Positions 9,670-17,684 are shown, numbered from the stretch's first letter. The stretch: DNA of 64,000 bases from an uncultured Rhodospirillaceae bacterium (GCA_964408735.1 CAYPAX010000005.1:374-64373), one strand, 5' to 3'. Numbers and translations are program-made. The notes: generated by a model not told the origin, from the sequence alone.

Positions 9670-10009
9670 TCCTTCGGGACAGGCAATGAGTCGAATTGCT
9701 TTGTCCGACGCACCGGTATAGTATCTTGCCATGGATAGGGAGGCTGTTCCCAGGGTTTCCGCGGTGCGGAGCGCTCGGGGCACCTGACCAACCCATATAA
9801 CTCGCGAGCAAGAAGCGAGTGAATGAAGATGTCGTCCGCCAGTAGGTTGAGTGTGACCCTTTGTTGAGCCAAGTGAAGCGTGATCAAGCCTTCGAACATC
9901 GTCAGGTTCTGTCTGGCGGGAGGACCGCGTTTCGGTGGCTACGCTTGACTTGGACCGTGCTTGGCCGCAGCGTGGACTTTTAGTGTGAAATCAGGGGAGG
10001 ACCAGAGCT

Positions 10010-10462
10010 GTGATAACTCTGACTGTCAATGGTAAGTCCCATAGCGTAGAGGCGGCACCAGATACGCCTTTGCTCTGGGTGCTGCGCGAGCATATCGGCT
10101 TGAACGGCACCAAGTACGGTTGCGGCATCGGCGAATGCGGTGCCTGCAACGTCCACATGAATGGTGAGCTGATCAAGTCTTGCCAAACTTCCATCGGCAA
10201 GGCGGCCGGTGCGACCGTGACCACGATCGAAGGTCTCGGTGCCAATGGCCTGCACCCGGTCCAGCAAGCGTTCATCGACGAGAACGTGACCCAGTGTGGC
10301 TGGTGCATTCCTGGCCAGATCATGACCATCGCCATGATGCTGGAGACCAATCCGGAGCCCACCGATCACGAGATCGATATGGCTCTGCGTGAGAATTATT
10401 GTCGCTGCGGGACGTATACTCGCGTTCGCAAGGCAATCCACAGAGCCGCTAGCTCTGCTTAA
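10010..10462 (+). CDS. (2Fe-2S)-binding small subunit of xanthine-oxidase-family enzyme (IorA-like)
   Basis: GTKYGCGIGECGAC, QCGWC.PG, NYCRCGTY; GGAGG RBS. Confidence 0.93.
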   Translation: MITLTVNGKSHSVEAAPDTPLLWVLREHIGLNGTKYGCGIGECGACNVHMNGELIKSCQTSIGKAAGATVTTIEGLGANGLHPVQQAFIDENVTQCGWCIPGQIMTIAMMLETNPEPTDHEIDMALRENYCRCGTYTRVRKAIHRAASSA

Positions 10463-10479
10463 GAATAGGGGAGGCAGAG

Positions 10480-12699
10480 ATGAGTGAAATGATGAATGTA
10501 ACGCGTCGTGGCTTCATGACCACGGCGGTGGCCGCCGGTGGCGGTCTTATGATCGGTCTGCCGCTCGGGCTTAAGGGCGGCAAGATGGCTCTTGCCGCCG
10601 GTGGCGCCGAGCTCAGCGCATGGGTTCATGTCGCTGCGGACAACACCATCACCCTCAGGGCCAGTCAGACCGAGCTCGGTCAGGGCAGCACCATGGGTAA
10701 CCTGATGATGTTCGCCGAAGAGTTCGAGTGCGACTGGAGTGCGATCGAGTTCGAGTTCGGAACCGGTCGTCCGGAATACGTCAACCCGCTGGTCGGCCTG
10801 CAGTTGACGGGTGGCAGCACCGCTACCCCGGGCTTCTGGGGCGTGATGCGCAAGGCTGGCGCCCAGGCCCGGCATATGCTGCTGCAGGCTGCGGCCAAGC
10901 AGTGGGGCGTGGACGCAGGCGATTGCACGGCCAAGAACAGCATGGTCATGTGCGGCGACAAGTCCGCTACCTTTGGCGAGCTTGCCGAAGCTGCTGCGGC
11001 GGAGACTCCGCCGGAGGATCCGGTGCTCAAGGGCTATGACGAGTTCAGCCTGCTCACCACTCACGTGGACCGTCTCGATAGCGAGATCAAGGTTACCGGT
11101 GCGGCCGAGTACTGCATGGACATCTCGGTGCCCGGCATGGTCGTCGGCGCCATCCGTCATGCGGACTTCGGCGGTGGCATCGCCAGCTACGACGAAGCTG
11201 CGGCCAAGGCCGTTGCCGGTGTTCATGACGTCATCGTCGTGGGTGCCGAGGCTCCCGCCATCTTCCTCGAGAACAACGTGCCTGCGCTGATCGTGACTGC
11301 CGATTCCTATTGGCAGGCTGAACAGGGCATGAAGGCGGCCAATCCGCAGTTCGACTCCGGTGAGTGGGCCGATCTGAATTCCGCCAAGATCTCGCAGACC
11401 TTCCAGGAAGGCCTCGGGCAAGAAGGCAAGCTGGGCCGTGCCGACGGCGACGTCGATGGTGCGCTCGCGGGCGCCGCGACGGTGCTCGAGTCGGTCTACG
11501 AAGTGCCCTATATGAGCCACACGCCGATGGAGCCGGCCAATACCCTCGCCGATTTCCGTGGCGATTCGGCCGAGATCTGGACTGCCACCCAGACCCCGGG
11601 TGCCTGCTACATCGTGGCCGAGATGATCACTGGTCTGTCCCAGGACAAAATCAAGGTTCATCAGCCGTTCCTCGGTGGTGGTTTCGGCCGTCGCAACGAG
11701 GTGGATTACTTCGAGCAGGCTCTCGAGGCGTCCATGAAGGTCGGCAAGCCGGTCAAGTTGATCTGGTCGCGTGAAGAGGACATGCAGCACAACTTCCATC
11801 GTCCGGCCTATGCCGCGAAGATGACTGCTGGCCTCGACGCCGACGGCAACCCGGTTGCCTGGCGGCACAAGATCGTTGGTCCTGGCATTTGGCTGTCGCC
11901 GATGCGCTCGTCCCGCCTCAAGGACCTGTTCGCCGGTTCCGACTTCATGAACGGCATGCAGGAGAGCGGCGTCGATTTCCATAGCGTCCAGGGCGCCAAG
12001 GACATCGGCTACGACTTCGCCAACCTCGAAGTCGAGTGGGTGCAGAAGGACTTCCCGGTGCCGATCGTGTTCTTCCGTGGTGTGGGTAACACCCAGAACT
12101 CGTTCTTCATCGAGTCCTTCATCGATGAGATTGCGGACGCCTCCGGGCAGGACCCGTTCGAGCTTCGTCAGAAGCTGCTTGCCAAGGAGCCGCGCATGCT
12201 TGCGACTCTCGAGCTGGCTGCTGAGAAGTCCGGCTGGGGCACGCCTTTGGATCGCGGTCATCATCGTGGCATCGCCTTCCACAACAGCTTCGACTCGCCC
12301 TTCGCGGACGTTGTCGAGCTGTCCGTGCGTGGCGGTCGTCGCGTGACCATCCACAAGGTCACCCGCGCCATCGATTGCGGTCTGGTTGTCAATCCCGACA
12401 GCTGGGATTCGCAGATGCAGAGCGGTCTGGTCATGGGCCTCCACCATACTTTCTTGGCGGAGCACACCGTGTCCCAGGACAAGCTGGTGCAGAGCAACTT
12501 CAATACCTACAAGTTGCCGCGCATCTCGCAGATGCCTGAGTGGTCTGCCCATGCAGTGCAGAACACCAACGATCCGACCGGCATCGGCGAACCGGTGTTC
12601 CACACCGTGGCGCCTGCGATCTGCAATGCCATCTTCGCAGCGACCGGCAAGCGTCTGCGCTCGCTGCCGCTGAAGAACCATGGCATGAGCCTGGCGTAA
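10480..12699 (+). CDS. Tat-exported molybdopterin-binding subunit, isoquinoline 1-oxidoreductase beta / aldehyde oxidoreductase family (IorB-like)
   Basis: TRRGFM Tat motif, ELGQG, TGGS, HTPMEP, LGGGFGRR, WSREEDM, FRGVG, GIGEP catalytic Glu. Confidence 0.92.
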   Translation: MSEMMNVTRRGFMTTAVAAGGGLMIGLPLGLKGGKMALAAGGAELSAWVHVAADNTITLRASQTELGQGSTMGNLMMFAEEFECDWSAIEFEFGTGRPEYVNPLVGLQLTGGSTATPGFWGVMRKAGAQARHMLLQAAAKQWGVDAGDCTAKNSMVMCGDKSATFGELAEAAAAETPPEDPVLKGYDEFSLLTTHVDRLDSEIKVTGAAEYCMDISVPGMVVGAIRHADFGGGIASYDEAAAKAVAGVHDVIVVGAEAPAIFLENNVPALIVTADSYWQAEQGMKAANPQFDSGEWADLNSAKISQTFQEGLGQEGKLGRADGDVDGALAGAATVLESVYEVPYMSHTPMEPANTLADFRGDSAEIWTATQTPGACYIVAEMITGLSQDKIKVHQPFLGGGFGRRNEVDYFEQALEASMKVGKPVKLIWSREEDMQHNFHRPAYAAKMTAGLDADGNPVAWRHKIVGPGIWLSPMRSSRLKDLFAGSDFMNGMQESGVDFHSVQGAKDIGYDFANLEVEWVQKDFPVPIVFFRGVGNTQNSFFIESFIDEIADASGQDPFELRQKLLAKEPRMLATLELAAEKSGWGTPLDRGHHRGIAFHNSFDSPFADVVELSVRGGRRVTIHKVTRAIDCGLVVNPDSWDSQMQSGLVMGLHHTFLAEHTVSQDKLVQSNFNTYKLPRISQMPEWSAHAVQNTNDPTGIGEPVFHTVAPAICNAIFAATGKRLRSLPLKNHGMSLA

Positions 12700-12714
12700 G
12701 AGCCGTTTGGAAGT

Positions 12715-12740
12715 GGGTCGGGGACACGAATCCCCGACCC
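12715..12740. repeat. Perfect GC-rich hairpin, GTGG-footed REP-like element
   Basis: GGGTCGGGGA-cacgaa-TCCCCGACCC, 10-bp perfect stem with no U-tract. Confidence 0.55.
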
Positions 12741-12762
12741 GCCTTCAACAAGACAATGACTG

Positions 12763-12794
12763 TTCCGGCGGCCCGTTTGGCTGCCGGAATTTTT
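12763..12794 (+). terminator. Probable intrinsic terminator between iorB and the first cytochrome c
   Basis: TTCCGGCGGCC-cgttt-GGCTGCCGGAA followed by TTTTT. Confidence 0.6.
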
Positions 12795-12806
12795 CGTGAA
12801 GGCACC

Positions 12807-13184
12807 ATGAGTAGAGTAATGATTGCAGCGTGCGCCGTGGCGCTTCTGTTCGCCACCGCTGCCTACGCGGTGGATATCAAGGATGCCGCGGTTATCGAGG
12901 AAGGCAAGCGCACCTTCAATATCCATTGCGCCGTCTGCCATGGCCCCGGCGGTGCTGGCGGCGCCGGTCCGAACCTGACCGATCAGTATACGCGGCATGG
13001 CGAGAAGTACGAAGATATGCTGGCGGTGGTCACCTCGGGCGTGCTTGATGTCGGCATGCCGAATTGGGGCGAGCGCCTGAGCGAGGAGCGGCGACGTCAG
13101 GTCGCGGCTTACGTATTCAGCCTGTTCGGAACCCGGCCCAGGGACAAGCCGCCGGGCGCCAACGCCAATCTCACTCTGATGTAG
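12807..13184 (+). CDS. Periplasmic monoheme class I cytochrome c (CcoP C-domain-like), copy 1
   Basis: Signal peptide (AYA), CAVCH, GPNLTD, GMP distal Met. Confidence 0.9.
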   Translation: MSRVMIAACAVALLFATAAYAVDIKDAAVIEEGKRTFNIHCAVCHGPGGAGGAGPNLTDQYTRHGEKYEDMLAVVTSGVLDVGMPNWGERLSEERRRQVAAYVFSLFGTRPRDKPPGANANLTLM

Positions 13185-13247
13185 GCGTACTCTTACACGC
13201 CAAGCCCAGTGAGATTCTTCTTGTATCGTGAAAGGACGTCCAAAACG

Positions 13248-13625
13248 ATGCGTAAGGCAACGACCGGCCTCTGTGCCCTCGCCATTCTGGCCACATCAAC
13301 CGCCCACGCCGTGGACTATCGTGATGAGACGGTCATCACCGAAGGCAAGCGGACTTTCAACATATACTGTTCCGAATGTCATAGTCCGGGCGGTATCGGC
13401 GGCATGGGCCCGAACCTCACCGACCAGCACACGCTGCATGGCAACGCCTACGAGGACATGGTCGCGCTGATCACCGAAGGCGTGCTTGATGTCGGCATGC
13501 CGAAATGGGGCGTGCGCATGACCGAGGAGCGAATTCGCACCGTCGCAGCCTACGTCTTCAGCCTATACGGCACCCGTCCCAAGACGGAAGAAGCGGACGG
13601 CGAGCACCAGCTTACTCAGGAATAG
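13248..13625 (+). CDS. Periplasmic monoheme class I cytochrome c, copy 2 (tandem paralog)
   Basis: Signal peptide (AHA), CSECH, GPNLTD, GVLDVGMP; AAGGA RBS. Confidence 0.9.
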   Translation: MRKATTGLCALAILATSTAHAVDYRDETVITEGKRTFNIYCSECHSPGGIGGMGPNLTDQHTLHGNAYEDMVALITEGVLDVGMPKWGVRMTEERIRTVAAYVFSLYGTRPKTEEADGEHQLTQE

Positions 13626-14646
13626 GCGGCACGACCTCGTAAACCCAATAGCTGCCGTAATTGGCCACCAGCTTCAGGCCCTCCAAATCGAGTGGCTCGA
13701 ATTCGCCAAAGGGTAGGATGTTCATCAAAAGCGAGTTGGCGGTCTCTTCGTCGGCAACGTAATAGACGCGATTGCGCGCAATGCCCATTTGCTCCACGGC
13801 ATAGATGCCAAAGCCTTGGCGCGCCAACCAATCCTTGACCTGCCGTATGTCGTCGTGGATTTCGCCGGTGCGCGAAAAGTCGCGATAGCCGATGCCGATC
13901 GCCTGCGGGCGTGCCAGTGCCAGCTTGTAGGCATCTGCGAGCTGCACTGCGATGAAGGCCGACCGCTCGTCGACGATCCCGGCGAGCATGGCGAGGCCTT
14001 CCTCTGCCGGGGCCGCCAAGGCATCTACGAAGCGGGCGAAATCGCTGGCTTCCGGCTCGGGCATGCGCCAGAAGACGCGCTCGAGGGACTCGATCGAATC
14101 ACGCTTGTCATGCCAAGCGGGCGGTAGAATCAACGGCCGTGGCAAGTTCTGGTCGTAGTGGACAGCAACGCCGCTCAGCACCGAGAGCTGGCGGCTCGTG
14201 TCCCACCAGGCGAGCATCACGGCATCGTCCGGCACGTGCTCGATGACCGCCTCGGCGAGACGGTCGAGCTCCATGCCGCGGCCGGGCAGGGCGAGCGCAT
14301 CGGCGCCTGGCGCGGTTTGCCAGTCCAGCAGGACAGGACCGATGCCCTCGCCGAGATCGACCACATGTAATGACGCCAGGTCGGCATTGCTGGTGGCATC
14401 CCGCACCGCGAACTGCCGCAAGGTCAGTCCATCCGGGACCGACAGGCCGAGATCTGGGAAGTCCGCGATGTCGCCCTCGGCGACCAGCTCATAGCGATAC
14501 GGCGCCGGGTCGGGCATGATGAGATCGCAGCCGGCCCAATCGATCAGCACGAAGCCGACGATGATGAACGCCCCGTAGATGTAGGGCAGGCGGCGGTTGA
14601 GCCAGCTTCGCCCGGGCCGGCGGCCTCGCTCAGGAGTCGTCGTCAG
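13612..14646 (-). CDS. haoB: Hydroxylamine oxidation protein HaoB (orf2); probable CTG start at 14646, first canonical start 14550
   Basis: N-terminal TM then PAPYRYELV, LAWWDTSRQL, E..FW, LLMNILPF, YWVYE; directly downstream of hao. Confidence 0.8.
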   Translation of the reverse strand: MTTTPERGRRPGRSWLNRRLPYIYGAFIIVGFVLIDWAGCDLIMPDPAPYRYELVAEGDIADFPDLGLSVPDGLTLRQFAVRDATSNADLASLHVVDLGEGIGPVLLDWQTAPGADALALPGRGMELDRLAEAVIEHVPDDAVMLAWWDTSRQLSVLSGVAVHYDQNLPRPLILPPAWHDKRDSIESLERVFWRMPEPEASDFARFVDALAAPAEEGLAMLAGIVDERSAFIAVQLADAYKLALARPQAIGIGYRDFSRTGEIHDDIRQVKDWLARQGFGIYAVEQMGIARNRVYYVADEETANSLLMNILPFGEFEPLDLEGLKLVANYGSYWVYEVVPPIPE

Positions 14647-16351
14647 GGTCCGACTTCCTGCGCCGCAACAGCAGTCCCGTCACCCCGACCAGCATCAGGG
14701 CACCGCCAAGGCTGCCCACGGAGGCACGCTCGAGGTCGCTGTCGAGATCGAGCATGGCAAGGCCGCTCTTCTGCTCCACCGCTGCCAATCGCATGCGGAT
14801 CGACTCCATCTCGCGTTGGCGTGTGTCCGCGTCCATGATCCTGGCATAGCAGCCGACCAGCGGGCTCCAGCCCTCGCTGTAGGCCCAGCCGCCGGGATTG
14901 GTGTGCATGACACCCTTGTAGAGCTGGTTCAAATCGTTGCGGCACGCGCTGGCATATTCGAACTCGATGGCGCTCGGATTGTTGCCGGAGGCGATGAACA
15001 TCTGGTGGAAGGCACCGGGCGCGTCCTCGATAGGCTCTGGCGGTGCGGGACGGTTGCTGTCCTGTCCCACCAGCAGGCCATCCGCATGCAGCGCTTCGAG
15101 GGCGCGCTTGGCCTCCTGCTGCACTTCGAGCCCGGCCTTGATGCTGTTGTCGGCCATCTCCTGATAGGCGCGAGCGAAACTCTCCGAATGGCAGCGGCTG
15201 CAATTGGCGATCCAGGCTTCCTTGCGCTGTTCGAACCAGCTGTCGCCGAGATTGTCGGCGATCTCGGGCATTGGCGTGAAGCCCCAGCGCACCTTACGCA
15301 CCATGTTATGGCCGAACTGGCCCTTGAACTCGAAGTGGCAGCTGGCGCAGGTCGGCGCGGTCTGGCCGCCAAGGGCATAGGCGTCCTGCAGGCGCACCTC
15401 CCAGTCCCAGTCGTCGCCGCTGGTCTGGTAGATGGTGCCGTGCTTGGACATCATGTAGTTCTCGAACTCGTTATGAGCGATGCCGTTGTGACAGGTCGCG
15501 CAGGCCTCGGGCTTGCGCGCCGCCGCGGCCGAGAAGGTGTGCCGGGTGTGGCAGCTGTCGCACTTGTTCTGATTCGAATGGCATTCGGCGCAGCCCTCGG
15601 CCACCTCACGCTCGGCCAGGCCCGCCCACATGGCGAGCTCGACCATGCCGTGGTAGTCGAGCGCGTGGGACGGCCGCCCCGCCGGCCACTGTTCCTGCGG
15701 CCAATGCAGGGTGTCGCGCTCGGATTCGCGCTCGGCGAACTCCTGCAAATGGCAGGCGCCGCAGACCGCGGCATCGGGCAGGCGCAGGTCGCGCTTGTGG
15801 TCCGCCTGGCCGTCGCGCATGAGCTCCACATGGCAGTCCATGCAGCTCACTTCCGAGAGCGTATCGCCTTCGTCCATATAGCCGAGCGCCACCAGGTTGC
15901 GCTCCACAGCGACAAGCTTTTCCCGCTTATAGTAGCGCGAATCATCGGGGCTGAGATTGCGGATGGCGTTGAGATTGGCATGGACGCTGGCCTTCCAGGC
16001 CATGGTGTGCCCGGCGGTGTCCTTCTCATGGCAATCGACGCAGCCCTGGCGATCCGAGCCTTTGCCCTTCTCGGGCGGCTCGTAGAAGCTCTGCGGGTTG
16101 GTGTATTTGCTGAACGGGATCGGATCCCAGAAATCGGCCAGGCTGCCTTCGCCCGCGCCTTCGGCCGGGTCGTGATAGCGCCACTCGAGGGCGTCGTAGA
16201 GCTCGGCCGGGTCGCCGCCTTCGTCGATGGGGTAGACGCCCAACGCCTCATACGTCTCGGGCGGAATGTCGGCCTCAGCGGCCCCGGTCAACCCTGCCGC
16301 GAAGACCAGCGCCAGAGCCAACTTGCCCATACCTTTCAGGGAAATCGCCAT
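14630..16351 (-). CDS. haoA: Octaheme hydroxylamine oxidoreductase (HAO) family protein
   Basis: Signal peptide, 8 CxxCH (CVDCH, CMDCH, CGACH, CAECH, CDSCH, CATCH, CASCH, CSRCH), QEFAERESERDT, WPAGRPSHALDY, HTRHTFS, HTNPGGWAYSEGW, C-terminal GSLGGALML membrane anchor. Confidence 0.92.
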   Translation of the reverse strand: MAISLKGMGKLALALVFAAGLTGAAEADIPPETYEALGVYPIDEGGDPAELYDALEWRYHDPAEGAGEGSLADFWDPIPFSKYTNPQSFYEPPEKGKGSDRQGCVDCHEKDTAGHTMAWKASVHANLNAIRNLSPDDSRYYKREKLVAVERNLVALGYMDEGDTLSEVSCMDCHVELMRDGQADHKRDLRLPDAAVCGACHLQEFAERESERDTLHWPQEQWPAGRPSHALDYHGMVELAMWAGLAEREVAEGCAECHSNQNKCDSCHTRHTFSAAAARKPEACATCHNGIAHNEFENYMMSKHGTIYQTSGDDWDWEVRLQDAYALGGQTAPTCASCHFEFKGQFGHNMVRKVRWGFTPMPEIADNLGDSWFEQRKEAWIANCSRCHSESFARAYQEMADNSIKAGLEVQQEAKRALEALHADGLLVGQDSNRPAPPEPIEDAPGAFHQMFIASGNNPSAIEFEYASACRNDLNQLYKGVMHTNPGGWAYSEGWSPLVGCYARIMDADTRQREMESIRMRLAAVEQKSGLAMLDLDSDLERASVGSLGGALMLVGVTGLLLRRRKSDPDDDS

Positions 16352-16355
16352 CTTC

Positions 16356-17042
16356 CTACCAGTTCTCCGTCGGCTCTTGGAAATGCCGCAAATGCCAATT
16401 GGCATCCTTGTATGCCTCGCTCTCTTCGCCCGGGCGGTTGCGCCCGAGCGCGATCTCCATCTCGCGAACCTCGAGGTAATATTTTGCCATGTCGGCGGGC
16501 GGCAAGGCGATGCGCGCGCCGGCCATCGGCGTGTGGCAGGAGATGCAGCTCGTGGTCTTGGCGTCGTAGCCGCGTCCGACCACTGCCAGGGTCAGCAGCA
16601 GCCATACCGCCAGCGAGCCGCCGCCTATCAGCAGGCGGGTACGCTTGGCCATGCGCGGCTGTTCGTTCCAGCGCTTGCGCCCGAACAGGAAGGGAATGGC
16701 CAGGAGGAACAGAATGACGCCAAGCGGGATCCAGAAGGTGCCGATCTGCCGCAGGGCCTCATTTTCGGCCCCGAGCTGCCAGAACGGCTCGAAGACCGCC
16801 AGCAGGTACCACTCGGGCGCGGGCACGCTGACGCCGTGGTCGGGCAGCGGCGGCATGTCGTGGTTGGTGGGCACACGGTAGGCGAGGGATAGCACCACGA
16901 TCAGCACGAAAGTGATGACCACCGTTATCCCCGCCTTGAAGGCGTGCTTGGGATAGAAACGGTGGAATTCTTGCGGGTAGGGCGGGTCGTACTTGTCGTC
17001 GACGAGGATATCCCGGCCCTTCTTGTCCTTGAATTCGGCCAT
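16356..17042 (-). CDS. Cytochrome b6f subunit IV (PetD/QcrC)-like membrane protein with C-terminal c-type heme
   Basis: FYPKH, PEWY motif, three hydrophobic helices, then CISCH and DANWHLRHFQEP; GGAG RBS. Confidence 0.82.
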   Translation of the reverse strand: MAEFKDKKGRDILVDDKYDPPYPQEFHRFYPKHAFKAGITVVITFVLIVVLSLAYRVPTNHDMPPLPDHGVSVPAPEWYLLAVFEPFWQLGAENEALRQIGTFWIPLGVILFLLAIPFLFGRKRWNEQPRMAKRTRLLIGGGSLAVWLLLTLAVVGRGYDAKTTSCISCHTPMAGARIALPPADMAKYYLEVREMEIALGRNRPGEESEAYKDANWHLRHFQEPTENW

Positions 17043-17051
17043 CTCCGCCCC

Positions 17052-17684
17052 CTACAGCGGCTCGGCGATGCCGTGCTTCTTGACCATCGAGAAATGGAAG
17101 AAGAGCAGCATGAAGAGGATCGCCGGCAGCACCAGCACGTGGATGATGAAGGTGCGGTAGATGGTGAAGGTGTCGAGCAGGAAGGCCTGCACGAAGCCGC
17201 CTATCAGCGGCCAGGTCTCCACATAATCGACCCAGATGGCGTAGGACCAATAGGCGCGCCAGTCCCACGGCAGGATGATGCCCGTGACCACGAACAGGAA
17301 GACCGTGAGGAACTGCAACACGCCCGACATCCAGTTGAATTCGCGCGGATTGCGATAGGCTCTGCGATAGAACACCGTGACCATATGGGTGAACACGGCC
17401 GCCACCAGGATAGTCGAGCCCCAGCGGTGCATGTTGCGCATCAGCCAGCCGCCGGTGATCTCGTTGCTCATGCGCTCGATGCTTTGCAGCGCAAGCTCCG
17501 GATTGGGCATGTAGAACATGACCAGGAAAATGCCCGTGAGCAGCTGCAGCACGATGATGAAAAGCGAGATGCCGCCGAAGCAGTAGTAAAAGGCGTTGTT
17601 GGGGACTGCCTGCGACATCTTCTCGCGCGCGAAGCCGCCAACGCCGGTTCGTGACTCGAACCACTGGTAGAGCCCGGAACTCAT
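17052..17684 (-). CDS. Cytochrome b6-type (split cytochrome b N-terminal half, PetB/QcrB-like)
   Basis: YYCFGGI (heme ci Cys), RNMHRW..H pair, PREFNW, LPWD, H-x14-H in helix D, C-terminal GIAEPL; AGGAG RBS before ATG 17684. Confidence 0.9.
   Translation of the reverse strand: MSSGLYQWFESRTGVGGFAREKMSQAVPNNAFYYCFGGISLFIIVLQLLTGIFLVMFYMPNPELALQSIERMSNEITGGWLMRNMHRWGSTILVAAVFTHMVTVFYRRAYRNPREFNWMSGVLQFLTVFLFVVTGIILPWDWRAYWSYAIWVDYVETWPLIGGFVQAFLLDTFTIYRTFIIHVLVLPAILFMLLFFHFSMVKKHGIAEPL

Noticed and set aside
9670-10009. Short ORFs (e.g. 9666-9899 minus) or an FNR box upstream of iorA
   Set aside because: No recognisable family, atypical codons and no complete TTGAT-N4-ATCAA; treated as promoter DNA.
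10459-12681. Long antisense ORFs (also 14597-16717, 16759-18612, 53719-57252, 59762-61612)
   Set aside because: They are shadows of GC3-biased real genes on the opposite strand and carry no recognisable motifs.
12807-13625. cbb3 oxidase subunit ccoP
   Set aside because: These are soluble monoheme proteins with signal peptides and no ccoNOQ nearby.
13612-17684. Calling the organism an ammonia oxidiser or anammox bacterium
   Set aside because: No amo/pmo, cycAB or hzs is in the window; HAO alone is not diagnostic and the context is a heterotrophic alphaproteobacterium.
16356-17684. Calling these genes the host bc1 complex (petABC)
   Set aside because: There is no Rieske or cytochrome c1 gene, and the cytochrome b is split with b6-type signatures.
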